DNA of 63,329 nucleotides, counting the filler, from Welwitschia mirabilis (Eukaryota), in the NCBI GenBank assembly GCA_051453625.1. It is 8 parts of one record of this genome, joined end to end, with 100 filler letters (N's around TTAATTAATTAA, not from the genome) between each part and the next. Parts side by side here need not be neighbours in the genome. Positions count along the whole stretch, not along the records: positions 1 to 16,903 come from JBOZIK010000001.1; 7 more parts are not named here. The stretch is one strand, 5' to 3'. Each line of letters begins with the position of its first letter. The first letter of the stretch is position 1. The position numbers were made by a program, and so were the translations under genes. Below the pieces are notes generated by a model, which did not search any database, had not been told where the DNA came from, and saw only the letters and a program-made list of their open reading frames with translations. Positions 1 through 12,039 of this stretch are shown here, piece after piece.

Positions 1-3000
1 AATCTTTTAATTCTTATCACTTCTATCATTTCAAACCTTATCAAAGGTAGATTCCCAGAATTCATTAGCTAATATCACCTATCACTATTGCAATAAAAAA
101 AGTCACTCCAAGATTGATTGTGTATTTAGAAAAAGTTAATTTTTGCACTCCCTTTTAAGATCTAAGTTTACATTTATCAAGAAATCTTCTCATGTTACAA
201 ATAGAAACAACTGTATGAGGTGGATTTTCAAGTCCAAAACTAAAAGTTTATTGATCCAAATGGCATTAAAATTAACTAATCATTCATGTTGGTANNNNNN
301 NNNNNNNNNNNNNNNNNNNNNNNNNNNNNNNNNNNNNNNNNNNNNNNNNNNNNNNNNNNNNNNNNNNNNNNNNNNNNNNNNNNNNNNNNNNNNNNNNNNN
401 NNNNNNNNNNNNNNNNGAAGCATTAGTGGAGGCAATTTACCTAATATTTATAATGTTTTATTTGTAAATGGTTTAAAGAATAATTTGTTAAGCAGTAGTT
501 AGATATGTGATAAGGGTCATAAAGTCTTTTTCAATGCAAAATCTTTTATTGAGAAGCACGGAAAAACCAATCAACCTCTTCTTATAGAAAATAGATATGA
601 AAATGTATATTTTGTAAATGAAGTGAATAACTCTATATGTCTATCATCTCATACTAAAGATGACGTTATCTGGTATCAACATTTAGATCATATTAGTTTT
701 AACTCTTTAAAGAAATTGTGTCATGATGAGATAGTTAGGGGTCTCCCTAAAATCTCTTTTTCTCATAAAGGGCTTTGTGAAACTTGTCAAAAGAGAAAAC
801 AAACCAGAACATCTCACAAAAGGGTCAGTGATATCATAACTTGTAAACCCTTAGACTTAATTCATATGGATTTGGTTGGGTATATCCAAACTGCAAGTCT
901 ATCTAGAAAAAGATATTTTCTGGTTATGATTGATGATTTCTCTAGATTTTTGTGGGTATCTTTTCTTCATGAAAAATCTAATGCTTATGAAAAATTTGTT
1001 AAAATTTGCAAAAAATCTTCAAATAGAGAAGGGGTATGTAATAAAGAAAATACAAAGTGATCATGGTANNNNNNNNNNGAATTTAAAAATGAAAGATTCA
1101 AAACTTATTGCAACTCAATTGGAATTAGCCATGAATTTTCAGCTCCTAAAACCCCTCAAAAAAATGGAATAGCCAAAAGGAAAAATTGGACCTTACTAGA
1201 TATGATTAGATTAATGCTAAATAACAAAAACATTCCAAAATGATCTTAGGCTGAAACTGTTAACATAGCATGTCATATATCTAATAGAGTCTATTTGAGG
1301 CCTGGAACTTGTAAAACTCCTTATGAACTTTGAAAAGGTAAAAAACCAAATATATCCTATTTTAAAATATTTGAAAGTAAATGCTTTATCTTGNNNNNNN
1401 NNNNNNNNNNNNNNNNNNNNNNNNNNNNNNNNNNAAATCAGGTAAGGGAATCTTTTTAGAATACTCTTAATCTAGTAGAGCCTATAGAGTTTTTAATAAG
1501 AGAACTCTTTATATGGATGAATCAATTAATGTTAAAATACATGATATATTAGATCCTACAAAATCCATTAACCTTGATGAAGATATCATTTCCTCTAGTC
1601 CTATTAATCAAATAGATAAAATCCCAAGAGATATAGCAACTCTAGAAATTAAGAAGCTTAAGGATCATCCTTTGGATTCTAGTATTGAAAATGTTTAGCA
1701 AGGTATCATTACTAGAAATTCTCTTAAGAATTTAGTACTCATGTCTCCCTTGTATCCAAAATTGAACCAAAATCTTTTGAAGATGCTAAATCGGATCCAA
1801 GTTGGATAAATTCCATGTAGGAAAAACTTGAACAATTTACTAGGAATAAGGTTTAAACTCTTATTCAAAAACAAATAAAAAAGAATGTCATAGGCACAAA
1901 GTGGATTTTCAAAAACAAAGTGAATGAGAACAATAAAATCATAAAGAATAAAACTATATTAGTAGCTCAAGGGTATTCCCAAATAGAAGGAGTAGATTGT
2001 GGAGANNNNNNNNNNNNNNNNNNNNNNNNNNNNNNNNNNNNNNNNNNNNNNNNNNNNNNNNNNNNNNNNNNNNNNNNNNNNNNNNNNNNNNNNNNNNNNN
2101 NNNNNAATCATAAAGAATAAAACTATATTAGTAGATCAAGGGTATTCCCAAATAGAAGGAGTAGATTGTGGAGACACATATGCTCTGGTTTCTAGATTGG
2201 AATCAATCAAAATGTTTCTAGCTTTTACCTGTTTTAAAAAAATGAGAGACTTTTAAATGGATGTAAAAAGTGCCTTTCTAAATGGAAATATTGAAGAATA
2301 AGTTTATTTTAAGCAACCTCAAAGTTTTTCTAATCCTCACAATCCTAAATATGTCTATAAATTTAACAAAGNNNNNNNNNNNNNNNNNNNNNNNNNNNNN
2401 NNNNNNNNNNNNNNNNNNNNNNNNNNNNNNNNNNNNNNNNNNNNNNNNNNNNNNNNNNNNNNNNNNNNNNNTTTATTTTAAGCAACCTCAAAGTTTTTCT
2501 AAGCCTCACAATCCTAAATATGTCTATAAATTTAACTAAGACTTATATAGATTAAAACAAGCTTTTAGAGCTTGGTATGAAAAGCTTTCATCATTCTTAC
2601 TTTAACATGGTTTTTCTACAGGATCCGTTGATAGAAATTTATTTCAAAAAGTTTTGAAAAATGACTTAATATTAGTGAAAATCCATGTTGATGATAATTT
2701 TTGAATCAACAAATGAAAACTTATCAAATGANNNNNNNNNNNNNNNNNNNNNNNNNNNNNNNNNNNNNNNNNNNNNNNNNNNNNNNNNNNNNNNNNNNNN
2801 NNNNNNNNNNNNNNNNNNNNNNNNNNNNNNNTTATTGGAAATGTTCAGCAAGGTATCATTACTAGTAATTCTCTTCAGAACTTTAGTGCTCATGCCTCCC
2901 TTTTATCTCAAATCAAATTTAAATCTTTTGAAGAGGCTGAATCTGATTCAAGTTGGATCAATGCCATGTAAGAGGAACTTGAACAATTCACTAGAAATAA

Positions 3001-4434
3001 GGTTTGGAGACTTGTTTTAAAACCAATAAGAAAAAATGTCATAGGCACAAAGTGGATTTTCAGAAATAAAGTGAATGAGAACAATGAAATTACAAAGAAT
3101 AAAGCAAGATTAATGGCTCAAGGGTATTCCCAAATAGAAGGAGTATATTATGGAGACACATTTGGTCTGGTTGCTAGATTGGAATCAATTAGGATGTTTC
3201 TAGCTTTTACTTATCTCAAGAAAATGAAAGTCTTTCAAATGGATGTAAAAAGTGCATTTCTTAATGGAAAAATTGAAGAAAAAGTATATGTTAAGAAACC
3301 TCAAGATTTTTCTAATCCTCACAATCCTGAATATGTCTATAGATTTAATAAAGCCTTGTATGGATTAAAAAAAGCTCTCAAAGTTTAGTATGAAAAGCTT
3401 TCATCATTCTTGCTTCAACATGGTTTTTCTAGAGGCTTCATTAATAGAACTTTATTTTGAAAGGTTTTGAATAATTGTTTAATTCTAGTGCAAATCTATG
3501 TTGATGTTATTATTTTTGTATTAACAAATGAAATCTTGTCAAATGATTTTGTAAAACGCATAAGTTCTAAATTTGAAATGAGCATGGTTAGACCTATGAA
3601 TATGTTTCTAGATTTACAAATTTAGCAATGCAAATAGGGACTCTTTATCAATCAAAATAAATACTCTTTAGACTTGATAAAAAGTTCAAACTAGAAAATG
3701 CAAAGTGTATAGACTCACTAATGGCAACAAATGTGAATCAAAAGGTATATCATAGTATTATTGAAAGTCTATTATATCTAATAACTAGTTGCCTAGATAT
3801 AGCTTTTAGTATTGATTTGTATACCAAGTATGAAAGTAAACCTAAGAAATCACATCTTATAGCTACAAAGAGAATCTGTCACTATGTGAAAGGTACTCTA
3901 GAGTTTGGTTTATAGTTTTCAAATGATACTACTTTAAGTTTAACAGGATTTAATGTTGTAGATTGGGCTGGATGCAAAGATGATCACAAAAGCATAATTG
4001 GTAGATGTTTTTTCTTTGAAAATTATCTTACAATCTGGTATAGCAAGAAACAATGCTCTATATCCCTCTCTACTGCTGAGGCTGAATACATAGCTGCTGG
4101 AACTTGTTGCACTGAGATCTTGTGGATGAAAGAGACCTTAAAGGACTATGGGCTGAACATCTTGGAAGTACCAATCCTGTGTAACAACTTCAGTGCTATT
4201 CAAATAGCTCACAATCCAATCCAACACACTTGAACCAAACACATCAATATCAGGTATCACTTCATTCGTGAATTAGTCGAAAAGAAAATCATGTCTTTAG
4301 AATATGTTTGCATAGAAGATCAACTAGCTTATATTTTTACAAAACCTCTATCTTCAGATCAATTTTTAACCCTTCAATATTTTATGGGTATCAACTCCAA
4401 AAAGAACTTGCCTTACCCAACCTCATCTAAATAA
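1..4434 (+). mobile_element. Ty1/copia (Sirevirus/SIRE-type) gag 3' end and pol (GAG-pre-integrase, integrase, RT, RNase H), degenerate, copy 1
   Basis: Motifs W..HLDHISF and CETCQKRKQ (GAG-pre-integrase/integrase Zn finger); LDLIHMDLVG, VMIDDFSRF and IQSDHG (rve); RT motifs KARLMAQGYSQIEG, FQMDVKSAFLNG, KALYGLK and QIYVDVII; RNase H motifs LSTAEAEYIA and KHINIRYHFIRE. Many stops and frameshifts. Confidence 0.95.
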
Positions 4435-4996
4435 TTAAATTTAGTGAGGGGGTTCAAATCTTTTTAAATCATATATATTTGAACCCCGATCGACCTAATT
4501 TTCAATTATGGCGATCATTTTTTCTTAGATTTCTCACTATTAGATTTTCTTCTTACTGGGTCAACCACATGTTATGTTAGATCAACCAGATTAGTCCTAG
4601 TGTTTCCTGTAAAATCTTCTTGAACTTGGATCGATCGAACAATACTCTTTGATTAACCTCATAATGTTTTCTTTAGTCACATTAGGTTAACCACGTGTTT
4701 ATCTTAGGTCGACTGATTTTTATTCAGTCTTTTATTGTAATATTTTCTTCTCATAGTTTGATCATCAAATTATTTGATTCGATTACCACCTTACATGTAT
4801 GATTTTAAAATTTTACATGAGTCGACCAACCTTCCAATCGGTCGCCTGCATTTAAGGTGGTGCATCACGGATTTTTAAACCTGCCCCTCCTTTTCTCTTA
4901 TTTTATTCTTTTGGCACCTCTTTTTATCATTTTCTAAGATTTTTGAAGACCCTCTTCCACTTTTTTCATATGCTTTGTCTTAGATCTAGGATTTAA

Positions 4997-5985
4997 ATGG
5001 CTTCGTCTTAGCCAAGAGAAGGATCTAGAAAGAGAATAAAGGAAGCTACTGTTGAACCACCTAGTTATGTCTTTTATAATATGAGCATGAAACAATTAAG
5101 ATACTATGAGAAAAATTTTGAGATAAGCCCCATTGCATTAGAAAGGACTTGTGAACCCATGTAATTTCTCAGCCTTAGGGAAGTCTAGATCTTATTAGAA
5201 GAAGTAAACTAGGGATATTTCCTTCCTATTTCTGGCATGTGTTATCCTTTGATTACCAAGTTCTTCTACTCCAATGCCAGGTATGATGCAGCCCAGTCTA
5301 CATTCATTACCTTTATTTTTGGCCAATAAATATGTATCACTTCAGATCTTATTACATCCCTTACTAGCTTTCCAAGAGAAAATTGGGGGGAATACTAGCC
5401 CATGACTAAGTCTTTTAAAGAGAAGGACGCATCCACTCACCATGTGTGTGCCACATACATTACATGGAAAAAGACTCTTAAAGCTTTTTAACTTCTTCCA
5501 AAATTTCGTCTTCTACACTTAATCATATCTTCCAACTTCCTTCCAGTTGCTGGGCACTGAGATGAGCTTCCAAATTATTGGATCTATCTCATGTATGCAC
5601 TGAACTAGTGAAGAGATTTGGATGCCCTAAACATATGGTAAATCAGCTTTAGTCACACAAGTAGCATGCCCTGCATTATTCTTTCCTCATCACTCAGATT
5701 TGTTGTCACTTTGACATTCCTCATCTCACCAGGTAGGAGATTCAGAAGCCCATGGGGCCTATAGACTATGACACGCTTTCAAGGATGCACATCTTTAAAG
5801 AACTTGCTACTCTTTCAAGGCCTAAGGTTAAGGTTTCTTAAATCCCAAAAATTCTTCATCTTCTTCATTGGATTTACTCATAGACTCGTCACATCAAGGA
5901 GGTCCTAATTTCTAGTGGAACACCAGTTGCTAATACATCTCAATCTAAGGGTGCTTAATCTTCTGAATCTTTGGAGTCCAACTAA
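4997..5985 (+). pseudogene. Sirevirus env-like extra ORF downstream of pol, decayed
   Basis: ATG at 4997. Reading through stops gives YPLITKFFYSN, LLPKFRLLHLIISSNFLPVAGH*DEL..WIYLMYAL and later YSFLITQIC. It lies between RNase H and the PPTs, where Sireviruses carry their extra ORF. Confidence 0.7.
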
Positions 5986-6029
5986 GTCCTTGTGTGTTTT
6001 TTTATTGTGTTCTCCCCATCCTTGATTTT

Positions 6030-6287
6030 GTTAAAAAGGGGAAGTAAAATTTGTAACATCTTTGTCTCTTCTTTGTATTACAAATGGGTCAAATTTTAAT
6101 GTTTACATGTAATGACACTTTTTGAGTAATATAAATAAACTTATCCTTATGAAAAATACTTTTTATTTTTATGATTGTTATATACAAAACTCATTTAAAA
6201 TTAATTGTGTTCAAAGATAAATGAGTTAGGGGAAAAAACAAATTATTAAATTATTGTTTTTCCTCAATTAATGACAAAGGAAAAATT
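6030..6287 (+). promoter_or_regulatory. Multiple polypurine tracts (Sirevirus signature)
   Basis: AAAAAGGGGAAG (~6033), TTAGGGGAAAA (~6226) and GACAAAGGAAAAATT directly before the LTR's TGTTG. Confidence 0.7.
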
Positions 6288-7586
6288 TGTTGAGAACCCA
6301 TTGTTATTGATTAAGTTAACGAGTTTTTATGAGATGTAGATAACTTTCAGAACCGAGCGATTGATTTATGAAGTTGGGAGATTACATGTTTAAGAACTGT
6401 AATACTTCTGCAGAAGTGGGCAACCACACATGATTTTTCAGACGACCGAATACTAACAATATAAAGAAGACCGATTAACACATTGATGACCACCATAATA
6501 ACATATGCAACCGCATTTCACTCAGACTGATATAATCTGATATACTTACGGGTGACCCAATATATATATACAAGTGACTACATGACATGCAGTAAATTGC
6601 AACCTGATAGAAATATGGGTGATCACAGATATTCATACGGGTGACCATATGACATGCGATGAACTCCAACCTAATATAAATATGGGCAATCGCAGATATT
6701 CATAAGGGAGACCGCATGATATGTAGTGAACTCCATCCAGATAGAAATACAGGTGACCATAGATACTTAAACGAGTAACCTCATGACACACAGCAAGAAT
6801 CTTACTGATAGTAGTATGGATGACTGACTATAACTATATAAGAAACCTAATAAAGAACGACCATGTATTTACACAAGGGTAGCTAGTTTTGGACCATATC
6901 ATGTACTGAGAAAATCTATGACAAGCAAGGATAACTGAATGTGATAAAAAGGGCAACTGCATTTTCGATCAATCAAATACCCCAAAAGGTCGATCATACA
7001 ATGGAAAAATATAACTGTTTTCAACATAATCGTTCTCTAGCAAAAGTTCAATGGTTCTTTTACCTTTGAAGAAATGGTCATATGATACATTTCAAGTATA
7101 AAAGCTTTTCTCTAAACACTAGAAGATACTGATACTATTCTTTTAAAATCATAGATTGAACAAGCACTAATATACTTTTTATTCTCACATCTAAACATGC
7201 TAATAAGGTCCAGATTTTTGATGTAATTACTCTTAGCATTTTCTTGAGAAGAAGACTGATGTATCATAGAGATCACATCTATGCAATAGTGCATCCTTTC
7301 TCTCTCTCATTCATTCTTGGTTAACGATTAAGCCATAAAATCCTTATTTGTTATGAAAGATTACTTAGTGAGTATAAAAATCATTTTTAAAAAGTGAATA
7401 CATGCTAGCTAGGATAAGGGGTCTATAAAGCTAAAGGGTGGTTTCTATCCACCATTAAATACCTTTTTTATATATTAATTTTTTATCTATTATTTTTGTA
7501 AGTCGAGAAGAACAAGGAGTCAGAATTTGATTAGTCCTATTTACCTCCCTCCCCCCCTCCACAGCAGGGTTAATCCTTATTTTTCA
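6288..7586 (+). repeat. Sirevirus LTR (~1.3 kb)
   Basis: TG...CA ends; PPT upstream and PBS downstream; C-rich CCTATTTACCTCCCTCCCCCCTC motif near the 3' end; 3' part homologous to 9619-9821. Confidence 0.9.
6535..6810 (+). repeat. ~67-bp tandem repeat (about 4 units) inside the Sirevirus LTR
   Basis: GAACTCC recurs at 6661 and 6728. Unit is approximately ACCTGATAGAAATATGGGTGATCACAGATATTCATACGGGTGACCATATGACATGCGATGAACTCCA. Confidence 0.8.
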
Positions 7587-7588
7587 AT

Positions 7589-7600
7589 TGGTATCAGAGC
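7589..7600 (+). promoter_or_regulatory. Primer binding site, tRNA-iMet
   Basis: Perfect TGGTATCAGAGC two nucleotides after the LTR end TTTCA. Confidence 0.95.
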
Positions 7601-7649
7601 AAGGTTAAATACTAGATCTTAATAGATCTCTGCTCCACTCATCCTTAGA

Positions 7650-9518
7650 GAATAAGTCAATCCACTGAAAGAAACTTGGTCACCAGACCTTCCTTTTTCG
7701 ATGGAATAAATTATGATTATTGGAAAGCAAAGATGAGAGTCTTTGTTCAATTCATTGACCTAGAAATCTAGGAGTCTATCATTAACAGGTATTGTTCTCC
7801 TAATGTACAGGATCCTATTACCAAGTTGGTAATTCCAAAAAGCAGGGAGAAATGGACACTAGACGAGAAACAAGCTGCCACCTGCAACTTCAAAGGCCTA
7901 AATACTATATTCTATGCCATGGGTTCAGAAGATTTTAAAAGAGTGGTAAACTGCATCACTGCCAAAGAAGCATGGGATATCCTAGAAACTGCTCACAAAG
8001 AAACAAATCTAGTAAAGTAGACTAAGCTTCAAATGCTGATCACCCAGTTTGAGGATCTAAATATGGAAAATGATGAAGGTATAAATGATTTTTTTGTAAA
8101 ACTAACAAATATTATAAATTCTATGCATGGTTTAGGTAAATCAATAGATGATTCAAGAGTGGTTTACAAAGCCTTGAGATCTCTACCAAAAAGGTTTGAG
8201 TTAAAAGTGACCACTATAGAAGAAAGCAAGGACCTAAACATCATGAAACTCAATGAACTCCAAGGGAACCTCCACACTTTGAGATAAAATTTAGAAAGCN
8301 NNNNNNNNNAAAAGTGTGGCACTATCTTTTACATATGAAGCTCCTGAAATTAAGGATGGGTCTGACCTAGAACCAAAGAGTGATGATGAAGTAGCCCTAT
8401 TAGCCAGAAGGTTCAGACACTTCATGCAGAGATGACAAGATGGAGTTCAGTCTAAGAGATCATCAAGAAGGAAAGATAAAGGATGTTGTGAGATTCAATG
8501 CTATTCCTGCAAAGGTTTTGATCATATCTCAAATGTTTGCCCAAATAACAAAAAGGATGATAAAAAAAAGGAAAAGAAAGTCCTAACTATAACATGGGAC
8601 GATGAAAAAAGTAAAAATGAATAAAACTTAGATTCAGAACATGGTGGTATTTCTCTCATGGCAATCATTGATGAAAAGGTATGTTCTACTTCTCACATTG
8701 ATTTAGTTATTAGTAAAGATTCACTTAATGATATTAAACTAGAATTATATTTGGAATGCCAAAATCTAGCTCATAGATTAAACCATCTTAGAAAAGAAGA
8801 TAAGCTCCTTCTAGATAAGCTTGAGATTAAAGATAAAGAAGTTAATGACTTGAAAAATAGTTTTGCACTATCTCCCTATCGTTTAAAGGATCACTTCTTC
8901 AGAAAATCGTTTTTAGCTTTTTCAATTCTCATCACTTCTCTTATTTCAAACCCCTATTGAAGGCCTGATTCCAAGAATTTATTAGCTAATATCACCTACC
9001 ACTATTGCAAAAAAAAGAGTCACTCTAAGATTGATTGTGTTTTTAGCAAAAGTTTGTTTTCACACTCCCTCTTAGGATCTAAGTTCACATTTAATAAGAA
9101 ATCTCATCATGTTACAAATAAAAACAAATGTATGAGGTGGATTTCCAAGTCCAAAACTAAGAGTCTATTGATTCAAATGACGTTAAAGGCAACTAATTAT
9201 TTGTGTTGATATTTAGATAGTAGTTGCTTAAGATATATGATAGGTAACAAGTTAAACTTCATCAGCTTCAAGGAATACAATGGAGAAGAAGTCACTTTCA
9301 GGGACAATGAAAGAGCTTAAATTGAAGGGATCAAGAGCATCAGTGGAGGTAAGTTATCAAATATTCATAATGTATTATTTGTAAATGGTTTAAAGCATAA
9401 TTTATTAAGCATTAATCAGATTTGTGATAAGGGTTATAAAGTTTACTTCAATGAAAATTCTTATATTATAAAGCATCAAAAAATCAATCAACCTATTCTT
9501 GATAGACATGAAAATGTA
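7650..9518 (+). mobile_element. Sirevirus gag and protease, degenerate, copy 2
   Basis: FDGINYDYWKAKMRVF (copia gag N-terminus); LRSLPKRFELKVTTIEESKDL (UBN2 gag); zinc knuckle CYSCKGFDHISNVC; protease YLDSSCLRYMIG. 8920-9518 aligns to 1-610. Confidence 0.92.
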
Positions 9519-9618
9519 NNNNNNNNNNNNNNNNNNNNNNNNNNNNNNNNNNNNNNNNNNNNNNNNNNNNNNNNNNNNNNNNNNNNNNNNNNNNNNNNNN
9601 NNNNNNNNNNNNNNNNNN

Positions 9619-9821
9619 GCCTAAAAACCATTTTTGAAGAGTGAATACATGCCAGCTAGGACAAGGGGTCTACAAAGCTGAAGGGTGATGTCTATCCACC
9701 ATTAAACTCCTTGTTTCTATATTATTTTTTTTGTCTATTATTTTATAGGTCGAGAAGGACAAGGAGTTAGAATTTAAATAGTCTTATTCACCTCCCCTCT
9801 AGGGTTGATTCTCATTTATCA
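9619..9821 (+). repeat. 3' end of a further Sirevirus LTR (terminal LTR of copy 2)
   Basis: Aligns to 7370-7586; TATTCACCTCCCCTCTAGG motif; ends TCA with no PBS after it. Confidence 0.85.
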
Positions 9822-9877
9822 CATATAAATTGCAAAAATGGCACTCTAGTATAGATGAGAGTTTACCTGAATGTCAT

Positions 9878-10914
9878 TATTATGATGCCAATTTGTAGGA
9901 ATTTAATGGTGTATTTGGAGTGCTTTTGTAGGACATTTATATAGGTTTTGATATAATTTTACTGATTATAGAGAGATGATATCATGAAAACATGTAATTC
10001 TTGGCATAATTAAAGGTATTTTGAACATATTCTGATACTTAGCACATTAAAGAAGAACTAAGAATGAAGAAGGCTAATTTATGCTACTTAAGGAGGTTAA
10101 GAAGCATGTCATCCCCATTATTGTCCCCATGACAGAGGGGAAAACAATCTTAATTATGTGAATAAAGGATACAACACTGACAGCAGCACATGGTGATAGG
10201 GCATCATCCACCATGTCGTCTGGATGACCAACAAAATAATGACATGAGTAACATGTAAGCACAACCCCTGGGGCTAATGGTATCATATGGGCATATAACC
10301 CAATGCCAAAAGACAACGTCGTCTTCTTCATCGTGTGGACAACAGATAGGATGACAATTATTTTTACATATCCGCAATAAATACTATTGTGAATGGGGTC
10401 AAGTGACTCATGTGGGCTACTAGGGCTTTCCTCATCAATGTCTAGGATTATGATTCATTGTAAAACTATAAATACCCTTTCGTCTTTTACTTCTAAACCA
10501 TTGTTTATACTTGATATGCTTATGATAGAAGCTTGAAGGCAAGAGGTCCATTTAGTAGCTGCAGAAAGGGGTTTTATTTGGTATTAGGCTATGTTTCTTC
10601 CATTGTGGTGCTGTTATTCTTTGTAAGTGGATATAAAGTTATTTTGAATCAATAAAAATACTTTTTTCATTCCAATTTTGTAAATGTTCTTTATGGTTTA
10701 AGTTTATTATAGTTAAGTGACAGATCTATGATTTATCTAGATCATGAGGGCAACCTTTGTTAAGGTTGAGCTTGATTAGTAGTAGATTTACATTGCATTT
10801 CCATTTCATATTGCATATTGCATGTTCTACTTAGTAGATCTAATAGTTTATGTTGATTAAGAATTAGTAGATACTCTTCTTGATTAATATGAATTATAGA
10901 AAGGATAGTCTTTG
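9878..10914 (+). repeat. Athila-type LTR, family A, 5' part (runs into a gap)
   Basis: Begins TATTATGATGCCAATTTGTAGG, matching TGTTGTGATGCCAATTTGTAGG at 13517; collinear with 13517-14650. Confidence 0.85.
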
Positions 10915-12039
10915 NNNNNNNNNNNNNNNNNNNNNNNNNNNNNNNNNNNNNNNNNNNNNNNNNNNNNNNNNNNNNNNNNNNNNNNNNNNNNNNNNNNNNN
11001 NNNNNNNNNNNNNNTATGTCTTTACTAGAGAACAATCTATACTATATCTTGATTGATCTTGATCATTGATTCAGTATCATATGAGCATATAGATTTAGTA
11101 TATTTATTTGATAAATCGTATCTATCTATAGATATATTCAGTATAATTGGTTATAAAAGGAGTAGTGTAGCATATCCTAGCCTTTGAAAAAGGCTTTTGT
11201 ATGGATGATTAATGGAAGATCGAGGACATAACTAATAGTTTAAGTTTNNNNNNNNNNCTAGTGGTAGGTAGATCTCATGAAGGAGGTAATTATATCATTT
11301 ACCTGAGGATGATGTAATGATATACATGGACGATCCTCATGATGAAGTATCATGTGATAGCCTACTGAATGGCATACCTAGATAGTGATGCTATAAGATT
11401 TATTTACATGACTGATGTATGGTTGAGCTGAGTTATTTATGACTCTTGTAAGGTCGCGGCTCTATAGTAGTGCCTGATGAATGATTGCATAGAAGCTCCA
11501 TGAAATTAGTTGACTAGCTATTTCTTATAATTTATATGGATAGACAGCATATGATGCTTTTCTAAGTGTTTATATGAATATTCTCTTTTATGAGATCTAG
11601 CTCCTTATTAGCCTATTTTCTCACTGATATGGACCATTTGGACCTATCATTAACATTATGTGTATTAGTAGTGATATAAATTAAATCCAAGATAGAACTA
11701 CATGTGGTCTAAGTTCCTTTCGTTGAGGATACATAGGCATGATTACTTGTTATAGGTTAATCAGCCATTTTACTATGGCATCACACTTGTATAGTGTATT
11801 TCTTTTTTTACTTCGTTATATGTTTCTTAATTTAATTTCATTCTGTAATGCATATTTCTATGATAAAATATTTTCAAGTGAACTATCTTCATATAATTCT
11901 CCTAAGTGGTAGCCTATGGGATTTTAAAAGTATGCTTTTAGAAATAATCTAATTAATCCACTATGTTAGTTCACTATATAATTAGTTAAATAAATATAAT
12001 TGGGTGTAAGTTTTGATAATTTTGAGTGTGTGACAATGT

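Noticed and set aside
6535..6810. CRISPR-like or novel repeat-spacer array (also considered for 12040-13516)
   Set aside because: Units are whole degenerate tandem copies without unique spacers, in a eukaryotic TE context with no cas genes.
10074..10331. Recurrent Cys-rich small ORFs (DDALSPCAAV; also at 13833, 18123 and 23480-23672)
   Set aside because: They are antisense readings of the same LTR-A U3 sequence with inconsistent starts and ends, and show no sign of a real gene family.
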